The position numbers and the translations under genes are program-made. Positions 21,159 to 32,177 of a stretch of DNA of 36,674 bases are shown piece after piece. Source of the stretch: Hydrurus foetidus (lineage: Eukaryota); the NCBI GenBank assembly GCA_900617105.1, contig UYFQ01000742.1:1-36674 (forward strand). The letters run 5' to 3'. The notes below the pieces were generated by a model. That model saw nothing but the letters and a program-made list of their open reading frames with translations. It was not told the DNA's origin and did no database searches. Every line of letters starts with the position of its first letter. Within the stretch, counting starts at the first letter, position 1.

Positions 21159-23533
21159 GATGTCATCGAGATTTCGCCGTGTCATCTACCCGTAGAAACC
21201 CAACCTATTCTCGCACAGTCCCCATTACGGCCTGCAAGAAGGAATGAAAAAGTCTGGAACGTTGAAACTCCCCTGATATACAATGCCTTTATAGATAGCC
21301 GATGCGAATCGGCAATCGATGAAGTCGGCTTCGACCTTATTCAACCCTCGAATGTCATTGTGGACATCTTGAATATAAAACCCTCAGCAGATCTCATGTT
21401 CCAGACCTCACCATCACACCCATCACCAACGGACACCATCACGAATCCAACACTGGACTGTTCGATTTCGCCACTAATTGGATGGGCAAATGTCGTTTTC
21501 ACTGGAAATGAAAACTTAATGAGGTATCCGCATAACTTAATGAGACGTCTGAAGCAGTTAGAAACGACTTCGATGAAGAGTCCGCAAGACGGATACAAGA
21601 TTCCCCCTGAATACTCACGCTCCGATGCCGCATGCCTGCGGGCTGCACAGCTAGACTTTGTGTCTACGGTACGACGTCGTCAAAAGACACTGTTGCCGAA
21701 ACGCCTCAACTTTCATCGAGTATCGAAATTGCGAACAGACAACCCCGAAATAGGTCTGTTAAATGAGTTGGTAGAGGGCATGTGGGTTCCAAGACCGCTT
21801 GGGTTTCGACCGAATGGACAAGATTTGCCTACGCCTCTCAGGGCGACATACTTAACAGTGGCGCCGGCAGTAATTAAAATGCTTGGAGACATCGTGGAGC
21901 AGAAACTAGCGTTGTTGATTGACTACGATATGGCGATGCAGTACGTTCCCAACCTACACTTGTGTAAGGCCCATTGGACAAGGAAAAAAGGTAAACCGTC
22001 TGGACGACCTTTAGGGGACCTGACTTTCGTGGATGGCACACCCCTCAACACACCAGAGATGTCAGAGGCTGCTGCGGAACATTATGGAGCTATTCTACAC
22101 CCCACCATAAAAACAATATCGATGATGAAATGCGAACTCTGGGCAAAAACTCTACAGTCGGACCCAACAATTGAATGGAGCCGAATGAGAATATGGAAAA
22201 TGGATCTAAAGGGAGCTTATACTCTGCTATCTTTACGACCAGAAGACGTCGGTTTATTTGGTATGTTGCTCATTGACAACGTCGTTTACTTCCAGACAGT
22301 AGGAATTTTCGGTTGGGCTGGAACTCCTGCGGCATTCCAGGTTGTAACTAGAGCTATCCGATGTGAACTGCGGCACTGTTTACGCAGCTCCACCATCATG
22401 TATGTCGATGACATCATCGGTGTATGCCTCGACACCGACATCAACAACGATCTCGATCTCGCACGAAAAATATGCATCAGCCTTCTAGGCCCCAACGCCG
22501 TTGCGGATAAAAAGACAGTGATTGGTCGACGTGTTGACGTCATCGGATACGTAATTGATTTAGACTGCCAGAGAGTATCGATTGCGCGTAAGAATTTTCT
22601 GAGCGCCCTGCATGGTTTCGCTTCCGTCGACCTCTCAAAGAATATGAGCTTACGGATGGCGCAGAAGTTAGCGTCATGGTCGAGTCGTTACGGCAGGATT
22701 TGCCGAGTGATGCGCCCGTTCTGTGCTGCATTAAATCGGCTGATCGTTCCCGTGCATCGTTCCCGTTGTCTTCTGAAGCCAAGATCACCATAAAATCATG
22801 TCAAACAATGCTATGTTTGGTTCATTATCACGAACCGCGATTCACAAGGACATTAGAGTCCTTCTAACCCTCGGCGCCAATTACGCTTGCCGAATTTGAT
22901 GCATCCCTGATTGGCGCAGGAGTTATCTGGTATAATAGGAACAATAGCACGGAGGAAGTTGTGGGAGTCTGCGCGGTGGAGTTCTCGTTTCTGAACTTTG
23001 GCGTGGACTCATCTTTTCAGAATTTGTCTGAGTTCATTGGGGCAATAGTATCGGTGATAGGACACGTAGCCATGGGAAATCGAGGACGCACATTAGTCCT
23101 TCGAGGGGACAGCATCACAGCGTTGACTTGGGCGATCACGGAGCGGCCCAGGGGATCCATTGTGACTGAGGGTGCGATGATCTGGATAGTATTATGTGTA
23201 GCTGCGGATATTGGTATTAAAGAAGCGACACACATACCAGGCGAAGACAATGACAAATGCGATCAGTTATCAAGGAGATGACTATTTCCTACCAACTCAG
23301 TCGATGAGCATGCTGAAGCACTTGGTATAGACGGAGCGCGAGTTCTAAACATGCAAGGCAATCTTCATGTCATGACGTTGCTGAGGCTTTGTGACCCTGC
23401 CACTGGGATAGAAACTGATGAGAAGTTTACTACCTTCTGGACAACCGCCCGCTCCCATACCGACGCTCTACTGTTTGGACACCCTCTCCCTTTCCCAGCT
23501 CTACCTAACACACCCATTCCTACATCCTTTTAG
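21159..23533 (+). pseudogene. DIRS/Ngaro-type reverse transcriptase + RNase H
   Basis: RT motifs WKMDLKGAY, IFGWAGTPAAF and MYVDD; RNase H motifs EFDAS, QNLSEF, LRGDSITAL and HIPGEDNDKCDQLSR. Frameshift near 22745 and premature stops (22865, 23279). Confidence 0.92.
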
Positions 23534-24786
23534 TGTCACCCCATCCCGACGTATCCCTCCATCTAAATTTCATTACATCTTCTGATATCAAGAGTCAACT
23601 CACGGCCAGAAATCGAACAGATCTAGCTGAGTTTATTGGGCACTCCGTCTTACCTGGTACGATGCGGACGTATGATACTCACTGGCGAATGTGGAAAGAT
23701 TTTCTAGTGACGAAAACAACGATTAGGGACCCGCTCCTCCGAGGCTTGTCAGAGTATGACAAATAGTCGTTCGTTAGCCTGTTCCTCTGTCAGCGACATC
23801 AGCAAGGTTATCGGGCGAAGGATGCTACTGCAGTCACGGCCGGTATTCATATGCAGTTTGCACAAGCCCTACAATCCACTGCCTTCCTAGATCCTACGAT
23901 AGTTACCACCGCACGGCGGTCTTGCCGGCTTACGCCCGACGAGCATCGTGTCAGGAGAGATTCAGGGGCAGCCCACACTGTCAAGCTGCCAGCTTGTGTA
24001 GGCATGCTGGCTCACATCAGAGATCGTTTGTGGAATGGCCAGCTGTGGAACGGCAAGGGCCTCAGTGCCTGGATGGTATACATCGCGTGCATGTTTGGTT
24101 TCGATATGAGTGCTAGGATATCGGAGTACACGATTCCAGAATCTGGCGCGGTCGATCACTGTGCGAGGGTGAATGATCTGACCTTCTACTCACAGACTCC
24201 AAATGGAGACATCGACAGTTCTGGTAGCAGTTTGGCAAGAGAATTAATTGGTGTTAGTGATGATCATGTGCTTGTGATGAGAGTCTTGGAATGCAGGGTC
24301 CAACCTGCCAGTTCCAAAGGGAAGGCGGTTGTGAAGCCAAAGCTCATCGGTCGTAGGTCAGTGCAGGAGTCACAATTCTTCGACGACCTTATGTTGTGGG
24401 TGGTTAGAAGTGGGTCCTGAGGAAACGACGAACTGTTCAGTATACGGGAAACCTCTAGACAGAAGAGAGCCCTCAGAGGAAGAACGGTGCGTGACTAAAT
24501 TAAGATCACCTGCAGGGCCTTAGATCTGCCTTCAACATATTTCAGTTTGCACTCCCTGCACAAAGGAGGAATCACTCATATGAGGGCAGCAGGTGCAACA
24601 GAGGATGACCGCCGGGACAGAGGCAACTATGCCCCGGGATCTCAGATTATGAATTTGACATACGACTACGCCACTGGTATGGGACCTTTAGCTGCGAACA
24701 GTCTCCCTGGTGGATATCAGCCTACTATATCTGACGTGCGACGCCTACTACCTATCAAGCGGAGCACTACTTCGCGGGATGCATGA
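23533..24786 (+). pseudogene. Tyrosine recombinase of E1
   Basis: TMRTYDTHWRMW N-terminal helix, ARISEY (catalytic Arg), HSLHKGG (H-x-x-R with Arg read as His at 24559-24561), RGNY and TYDY. In-frame stops at 23764, 24418 and 24496. Confidence 0.88.
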
Positions 24787-24804
24787 TGCCCTTGGGTAAT
24801 ATGG

Positions 24805-24963
24805 GTGAAGGGCATCGTCATTTCAGGCTTGCTGGTACCCGACCCGAGTCGACTCCAATGTAGAATAGACGAAGGGGGGGGGGGGCAAGCTGAAATATTC
24901 TGACACGCAAGCGACGCCATCTGTAAGCTAATGCAACACTTATCTACGTGGTCTCTTGTATAC
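24805..24963 (+). repeat. E1 split direct repeat B1 (159 bp)
   Basis: Near-identical to 25335-25492 (GTGAAGGGCATC...CTTGTATAC). Confidence 0.95.
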
Positions 24964-25312
24964 TAGCGCGTCCCTCTGGGGGATATTCTAAGAAGGGGGA
25001 TATACTGATGAGGATGGACCCAACGATACAGCAACGCCAGCCTCGGAGAGGAAGAGAATGATTAAATGCCTGCCAAGGCAGTATAGGTTCTCTGGAACGA
25101 ACGGTCAAGGAGCCCAAAATATCAGCGTTAATAACGATCGTGTGAAGATTTCAGGCATAGCCAACTATATCACACTTCGTTTCGACATCCCTTTGGATGT
25201 CATAGTAATAAATTTAAATTTACGTTCAACTGTTTCAAGTCACCCCGTAGCCAGCCATATCCTATCAAGTTTTTCTTCTTTAATTGTTTCGGAAGTTTTT
25301 ATGTTGTGTTAT

Positions 25313-25456
25313 CTGACCACTTGCGTGTCAGACAGTGAAGGGCATCGTCATTTCAGGCTTGCTGGTACCCGACCTGAGTCGACTTCAATGTGGAATAGAT
25401 GAAGGGGGGGGGGGCAAGCTGAAATATTCTGACACGCAAGCGACGCCATCTGTAAG
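25313..25456 (+). ncRNA. Candidate conserved structured RNA/ssDNA element at the E1 spacer-B2 junction
   Basis: 13-bp perfect stem 25320-25332/25428-25440; inner stem 25350-25362/25414-25425; CGAC-CTGA-GTCG hairpin; motifs shared with 32039-32177. Confidence 0.6.
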
Positions 25457-25492
25457 CTAATGCAACACTTGTCTACGTGGTCTCTTGTATAC
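25335..25492 (+). repeat. E1 split direct repeat B2 (158 bp), 3' terminus of the element
   Basis: Copy of B1 with a few substitutions and a G-run one base shorter. Confidence 0.95.
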
Positions 25493-26040
25493 CGTCTCCG
25501 ACGACTTTTTTGGTAAGAGTCTCAGTGGTGTGGTGGTAATAGACCGATCTCCGAGAGCATTGCAACGTATGTCTATCAACATCCAAATCGCTAGAACTCA
25601 CAGACCAAGATTAAAGTGCACACATCACCGATTGGAGAGAAGTAAGTTATTTCTCATCCTGTGCACCTTCAATTTTCTACCTGTTGAATTTCAGCACTCA
25701 TCTCGACTTTTTAAGCGAGACATTTTTTCGATCCGACAATTTCACCTGCTTGCTTTTGGATTCGAGTGATTGGCCCCTATAGCACATGACTACCGTCGAA
25801 AGTCATCAAGAAACTCCATTCTAATATATCGAAAAGCAGTTACAGACCATAATACCCAGCTTTTATCTCACGTTTACAACCTTATTTTCATCAGCAGCAT
25901 GAAAGACATTATCAAGGTCAAGAGCCGTGGAAAGGGAGTTTTCGCTTTCGACAATAGCGTCAAAGTCCTCCAAGGAACAGTCTGCGCTCTACTTCGCAAC
26001 AGTGCCAACGTTCATGGTGAGGGTTTGGCCTCTTTCTAAA
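25493..26040 (-). pseudogene. Possible heavily decayed spliced gene of unknown type
   Basis: Protein-like frame (...SLEDFDAIVESENSLSTALDLDNVFHAADENKVVN|GTGAG) with many stops; no recognisable motif. Confidence 0.25.
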
Positions 26041-27019
26041 TATCAACCCTCGACGATAGTAATCGATCATCATTTTTTACAGACAGTAACTGCATCCAGA
26101 TTAAGGCTCCACGCTCAGGTGGTGATGGAGATGGTGCTCGTTTTGATCATGGACAGCACATCGGACACGTTGCGAAAGATTGTGCCAAAGTCCTGGCGGT
26201 ATTGATGGATGCAGGTTTTGAGGGTAATCCTTCGAGTGCGACTGATTGCTCTCGCTACAAATCGGATTTTTGTTAGTTGTCCTGCTGAGCTACAATGACA
26301 CGAACCGTAGTAAACTCGGATACGATATTGATATTGTCGTGCAATCTAACAACTCAACTACCTGGATTGATTCACTGATGCTATATATGCATGAGAAAGG
26401 ATTGAATCCTACCCGTATAATTTGATTTGGTACTTGAACATGTTGGAATTAAAATTAATGAGCTTAAACTGCTGTCGCGCAATTTTATTTTGCAACCAAC
26501 TAAAGTGGAATAAAGTGAAATTGAAAAAAATACTTATGTGATAATTTAAATATCACTACTTATCACATTCTTCAGTCACTCCGTCTAAATCGTCCTCGAC
26601 TTCTACACTCTCATCAGTGACTTCGTCGATGTCCTCGCCATCCACAAACATGTCAATTGCCTCTTCTAGCATCATTTCATCATTTGCAACTGGGCCTACG
26701 ACCCAACATGCAATAGTCCCAACAATTGGGTTATGAGTGACCTAGTCTGAAAGACTCAGTATGTCGGAGAGCAAACTCAAAGGTAAAATACTGCTCATGA
26801 AACCATGAACTGAAACAGGAGGTCGTTATCACCTTCAAAAGCTTTGCTTTTAGAGTAATTTTTGCTCAGCTCGACAAATCACTGGATCAGATACGTCACG
26901 TATTCACCTACAAGAGGTGCTGGATGATATCCGATAACATCCAGTATCGAATGATTTCTGCAGAGTTCTATGCGATGAGAGTTGAGGTCTCGCGGTTATC
27001 AGACATCTGTATGCGTATT

Positions 27020-27272
27020 ATTAGAGGATACCCGAAGCTCGCCGGAGGGTAGGATAGGTTCTCTGGACCGGAATTCCAAGTAACCGGGCATTCCGGTATA
27101 GTCTCTGGTCTTCCATCCACATGATTTATCGTTGAGAGAAGCAAGTCTCAATGCATAGCTACTTTAAAAGAAAGCATCATATCTTTTAAACCTGCGGTCT
27201 CGACTTGGTCGCAGAGTTTTATGCACTGCTCCTGCTTGCTAGTGATTGTAGCAGCGTAGCATATTTTTATTT
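27020..27272 (+). repeat. E2 repeat A1 (253 bp)
   Basis: Appears identical to 31736-31988. Confidence 0.96.
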
Positions 27273-27852
27273 GGAGAGAATCCTTACAAGACGGAAATGG
27301 TCGCGGAATTGGTCCTTTCAGATGACTGACTCGCGGAAATGCCGAGGAAGAGGGAATTCGCTCTCTCATTTTACTCGAGGAGTTGGGTGGAGCCAAATAG
27401 CGAATATGATTTCGGCGCGCAGGATGCGCATTCGTTATCGCGACCTGCTACCTGGAAATGGCGTAGCTCAGTTTGGAGAACTTATTGAGAAAGCATTGAA
27501 GAAGAAATGGAGGCTTATCGAGAAACTTTTCAACCATCTGTGGACATTATCTGGGATAAGGTACCCATCAATAGATGCGATTACCCATGGTCGATCGAGC
27601 CCAGCGAGTACTCCAACATCGAACGACGGATAAAGATCAAGGTCAAGGTCGGAATCCAATTGTACGATGGGTTTTCACATTCAACATCAGCTGCATTTGG
27701 TCAGGCATTTTATGGCACTGCTCGAGGACTCTCCCTCTCGCGAGGGGGTTACCCCCTAGCTATCGCCATCGGCCTGGCGGTAGATAATGCCAGTGGGAGT
27801 AACCGATGTGAATCTGAGTAGAGAAGTATTCGACGATGCATATGTTGTAAGT

Positions 27853-27931
27853 AAAAAGCAGATTCGATCCCACGACCCCCACGGACTCTTTTTGCAATGA
27901 GGATTTCGCTTAACCGCTAAGCGATGTGCGC
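27853..27931 (-). other. tRNA-derived (SINE-head/pseudo-tRNA-like) sequence with Pol III signals
   Basis: Minus strand: A-box-like TCGCTTAGCGG in a D-arm hairpin (TCGCTTA/TAAGCGA), GGTCGTGGGATCGAATC B-box-like motif, then TTTTT. The 3' acceptor strand is missing. Confidence 0.55.
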
Positions 27932-28334
27932 TGCCTTATAAAGGACAATTATTAAAAAATAAAAATAAAATTATTTTGAGCAAATTAACAAGAGGACGCA
28001 AAGAAAAGAGGAAAATGTGGAGAAAATCATGGTTATCTTGTAACTTTCTCATCCGACATCGCGTCAACTATCGTCAACAATTAACGGACCTGATTAAATT
28101 GAGAAAAAGGGAAACTATCGAAGGACAAAAATAAATAAATAAATGAAATAAATAAATAAAAAGGTTGTTAAAATAAAACTAATAATGACTGTAATAAAAA
28201 GGGAGATCAAGTAAAAATACATGGAGGTGATCAATTGAATAACAGATGAGTGAATAACAGAGAAGACTACTAGAATCACTTCCTGAGAAATTAGATAGTT
28301 CTCTGAGAGAAAGAAAGTAGAAGTGGATTGATTG

Positions 28335-28832
28335 AGAATACGGAATATTACCTAAATTTCTGTAATCCATACGAAATATGGGGTAATATTCCGTCTCTAT
28401 CCGACTTTTTGAAACATTTCTGGACGTTCTCAGACACATAGAGAATTACGATTAGCTGCTGAATCTGAAACAAAGCGACAAGAACTCCTCCTAATTGAAT
28501 CGGAAAAAAAATTGATTTAAAATCGCAGGGTGAAAAATGGAACAAAATTAGTAAATAAATGAGAGCGATGGAGTAAAAAAATCAAGCAAGATACAGGTAG
28601 GAAGTAGATTGAGCTATAAACAAGTGAATCCGAAAGCTGCTTTCTACTTGAATCAATGACCTTATTATATCAAAGGTGAAATGAAATAGTTCGTCGGGAG
28701 AAAGAAAGAGTTCTTTTTAGAATACGGAATATCATATGATGTTCTGTACTCCATACGAAATACAGGTTATTATTTCGTCTCTATCCGACCTTCTGGACTC
28801 CTTTAGAGCATTTCTGGATGATCGTAGACACA
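28335..28832. repeat. Diverged direct repeat pair (28335-28438 and 28719-28832)
   Basis: Shared AGAATACGGAATAT, TCCATACGAAATA, CGTCTCTATCCGAC, CATTTCTGGA and AGACACA blocks. Confidence 0.85.
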
Positions 28833-30845
28833 AGGCGAAGAGGTATCGGGGGTGTCATCGCCAGTGGTGGGTGTGCTGTTCGCGACAGCCTCCAAAATAA
28901 AAGATGATGGCACGAGAGCGGCACTTCACATTGAGGCAAAAAGCATTCTAGTACGATGAAAAGATGCTTCCCGATGCTGGCAGCGCACCGCGGTTTACAC
29001 AAGAAGGCTGGAAGGGCATTGTGAAATACCTCTCGTGCAATGACTTTTCAAGGGAGCGCGTTACCTGTACAGCGGCTGCCCGGTACAAGAAGACAAGAAA
29101 GCAGCGCCGCAGTGAGCACTACAGTGTGCTGTACTGCGCGACGCACAGAGGCGTCATCGCCATAAGTGGGCGTGCTGCACGCGCTGCGCTACATCAAACA
29201 ATGGATGCACCAGAACTGTACTTCCTATCGAATCATTCTTCGCTGTCTAGAAAGATGCTATGGAGGGGGTTACCCTTGCGAAGGCTGCCAAAAGATGTCC
29301 AACCTTAGTGATGGTGCCGCAGGCCATCGCGTCCATTTGTTGGCTTACACGGTATGGCCCAGCCGGTTGTCCACTTATCAGGGCGTGAAGCTGACCGTGC
29401 TTTATCGCGATGCGCATCAGTGCAGCATGATGCAGCACGGGCATGTCAGTGTTGCCCACTGCAGAGTAGAGTGGAGATCGCATACCTGGAGGTGGTGTCT
29501 GTGGAAAGACCGTCCCCAAGGGGATTACCGACCAAGACTCCACAAAGATGTCCATCGCTAGGGGCAGTAAAATTTCGCAATAGCGAAGGCGAGTTTCACG
29601 GGGGTGATGCACAATCCACCCTGGGTCTGCTTACAGTGCAGAATTGTGTACAACACAACACACCTTACATACGGTGAGGTGTGGCGCAGTGCGACAACCT
29701 TAGGTGGCGTGCAGCAAGGTGCATTACAGTGCGGTGTAGCGCGACAGTGGTGTTTATAGTACTGTGCGGTGAGGTGCAGTGCTGTACAGTTCGACAATGT
29801 ACAGGGCGGACCGGCTTGAATTCGCCGTCAAATCTCTAGGGCAAGTGCGTGACAGGCACTAGGACAGTCTGTCGCAATGTCTCCCGTCGAGAAGGCAGCA
29901 CCACAGTGAGCGGCGCGCAAGACATTGTCTTCCAGGTGAGAGTGTATTGTTATAAGGAAATCGCAAGCGATCATGATAGTGATAAGCTGATTCGAACTTG
30001 CGGCACCATGGTGTTGGTGGTGTGCGCCTGCGTTGATGCTTTGTGGATTCAACACGATCAAGTGATGTTGAATCCACACCCTGCGTAAGCAAAAAAAATG
30101 ATGAGTATCATTTGAATGCGTACAACATAGCATTGATGGGTGTGACTGTCTGTGCATGTGTGATGAAACGGTCTGGTGGTGTGGTATGTACTTTCTGTAC
30201 ATGCTGCGACGGCTAGTTTCACTTGTACAAGTAACAGCCCTGTAATGTATTAATGCAGTCTATGCACTAGTAACAAGCTTGATATGACAAGCCTCTGATT
30301 GTACTTGTGTCGGAGCAACAATTGTGGAGCCGTAGAAAAGGAAAATGATGCTAAGTTGAGTAGCAGTCCTGCCGTCAAATTGACGGTAGAAAGCTCAGTG
30401 CATTGTATGTATGTGTGCTATAGACAACGTGGTATACTGTATCTGTCAGAATACTACGCGGCTATAGCACTGGTAAGGGCGCAAGCACAAGAGTGCGAAG
30501 CCCTTACCATAATCATATGTAGAGAGCGGATACTCATCATACCCGCACCAATATCACTTCTCAGAAATATATGCGCGATGGTAGACCCCAACGCAGATGG
30601 GCTGGAACATGGGCACGTTGAACCAGCACGATGTGTGACAGAGGGCGCTGAGGTTTGGGGGGGTGTCAGCGCATAATATCTAAAAATTAGAAATAAGAAT
30701 GTCGGAAATTCGGGCCGATGTCGTCGATCAGACGTACAGCAACGACAGGGTCACATTGACGACATACAGGCCTTTGGTGAGAAGTCGAAGGCCATCATAA
30801 ACTTAAAAAAAAAAAATGAATGTATTAGGAGGAATAAGGTGCCGT

Positions 30846-30978
30846 ACAGTGAAGTGCAGTACAGAGTCGGTGCAGTGCAGTGCAGTGCAGTGTAGTGCAG
30901 TGCAGTGCAGTGCAGTGCGGTGCAGTACAGTGCGGCACAGTACAGTGTGGTGTAGCACAGTGAAGGGGTGTAGTGCAG
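30846..30978. repeat. (CAGTG)n pentanucleotide microsatellite, degenerate at the edges
   Basis: Run of GTGCA/GTACA/GTGTA units; more degenerate copies occur near 29725-29790. Confidence 0.9.
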
Positions 30979-31110
30979 CATTATGTGGTGCGGTGGCTGC
31001 TCAGCGCAGGCTTTCAACAAGTGCTAGTGCGTGACAGACGTTGGGGTAGCCCATAGTAGCAAGAGGGTAAAGCTACAGCAAGAAGGGTGGTAGCTGTGCG
31101 TGACAAGCGA

Positions 31111-31210
31111 TCCAGCCTGGAGCATATCCAGAAATGAAGACGGGGATGAGCAGGACAGTGTCCAGCCTGGATCATATCCAGAATTGAAGACGGGGATGAG
31201 CAGGATAGTG
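31111..31210. repeat. Two-copy 50-bp tandem duplication
   Basis: 31111-31160 versus 31161-31210, 3 mismatches. Confidence 0.95.
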
Positions 31211-31221
31211 TTTAGGGTCAG

Positions 31222-31438
31222 AGTAGGACAGTCAGGGATGTGCTGAGGCCAAAGGTCGTCAGAACAGTCTCCCGCTGGACTGTTTTAGTGCGCAATTTCT
31301 CAGAAAGGGGGGGGGGATGCATCATTCACATGCGCACACAGGGTTCCAACAAGGACTATCACGGGGATAGAGGGAATTACGCAGCGGGGTCTTAAGATAT
31401 CATCACCCGAGCAGGGTAGCAAGAAGACATATGACCAC
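31222..31438 (+). pseudogene. Remnant of tyrosine recombinase C-terminus in E2
   Basis: Fragments SRTVRDVLR, LPLDCFSAQFLRKGG, IIHMRTQGSNKDYHGDRGNYAAGS and TYDH align by eye with the E1 YR segments GRTVRD, LPSTYFSLHSLHKGG, ITHMRAAGATEDDRRDRGNYAPGS and TYDY. Not in the ORF track. Confidence 0.85.
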
Positions 31439-31482
31439 TACCAACAGCAACAGGACAACCAGTAGCGCCCTAGGTTGTGGTG

Positions 31483-31736
31483 GGTGAAGGGCTTATCTGG
31501 GTCCAGAATCCATCCATGCCAGCGCAGCCGACTGAGTCGGTGGCTACGCGGATAGGGTGGGTGGGCACTAGTAGGCGCGCGAGTGACGCCACCTGTAGGA
31601 CGATTCACTTACTTAATTAAGTGTCCGTTATAATTTGTACTTTATCGGTTTGAGGTTTATCTGATAAGCTAATACCGTGAACCGTAAGGTACGGTATCAT
31701 ATGACCGGGAAGCGATCGGAATGCAGTGGAATAGAA
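31483..31736 (+). repeat. E2 repeat B1 (254 bp)
   Basis: Matches 32060-32314 with about 8 differences. Confidence 0.95.
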
Positions 31737-31988
31737 TTAGAGGATACCCGAAGCTCGCCGGAGGGTAGGATAGGTTCTCTGGACCGGAATTCCAAGTAAC
31801 CGGGCATTCCGGTATAGTCTCTGGTCTTCCATCCACATGATTTATCGTTGAGAGAAGCAAGTCTCAATGCATAGCTACTTTAAAAGAAAGCATCATATCT
31901 TTTAAACCTGCGGTCTCGACTTGGTCGCAGAGTTTTATGCACTGCTCCTGCTTGCTAGTGATTGTAGCAGCGTAGCATATTTTTATTT
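31736..31988 (+). repeat. E2 repeat A2 (253 bp)
   Basis: Appears identical to A1; abuts B1 with one shared A. Confidence 0.96.
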
Positions 31989-32038
31989 ACCCCGTAGCCA
32001 ACCATTCCTATTATAGATTTTGTGTAAACGTGTTTCGC

Positions 32039-32177
32039 CTGACCGCACGTGCGCCAGCCGGTGAAGGGCTTATCTGGGTCCAGGATCCATCCTATGCCAG
32101 CGCAGCCGACTGAGTCGGTAGCTACGCGGATAGGGTGGGTGGGCACTAGCTGGCGCGCATGTGACGCCACCTGTAGG
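32039..32177 (+). ncRNA. Candidate conserved structured RNA/ssDNA element at the E2 spacer-B2 junction
   Basis: Stem 32046-32058/32149-32161; inner 11-bp stem 32085-32095/32130-32140; GCCGAC-TGA-GTCGGT hairpin; covaries with the E1 copy. Confidence 0.6.

Larger units (their letters stand above)
20417..25492 (+). mobile_element. Ngaro/PAT-like tyrosine-recombinase retrotransposon E1, 5'-truncated and decayed
   Basis: gag remnant, then RT/RNase H, then YR, then direct repeats B1 and B2 separated by unique sequence. Confidence 0.88.

Noticed and set aside
26560..26745. Acidic-tailed minus-strand coding segment (…MLEEAIDMFVDGEDIDEVTDESVEVEDD…)
   Set aside because: Possibly a gene 3' exon, but no reliable model or function could be built.
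27272..27290. TGGAGAGAATCC after A1 as a tRNA primer-binding site
   Set aside because: I cannot match it to a specific tRNA 3' end by eye; TGG alone is weak evidence.
28781..31034. Many overlapping short ORFs inside E2
   Set aside because: They occur on both strands in GC-rich or microsatellite DNA with no recognisable motifs; likely spurious or too decayed to call.
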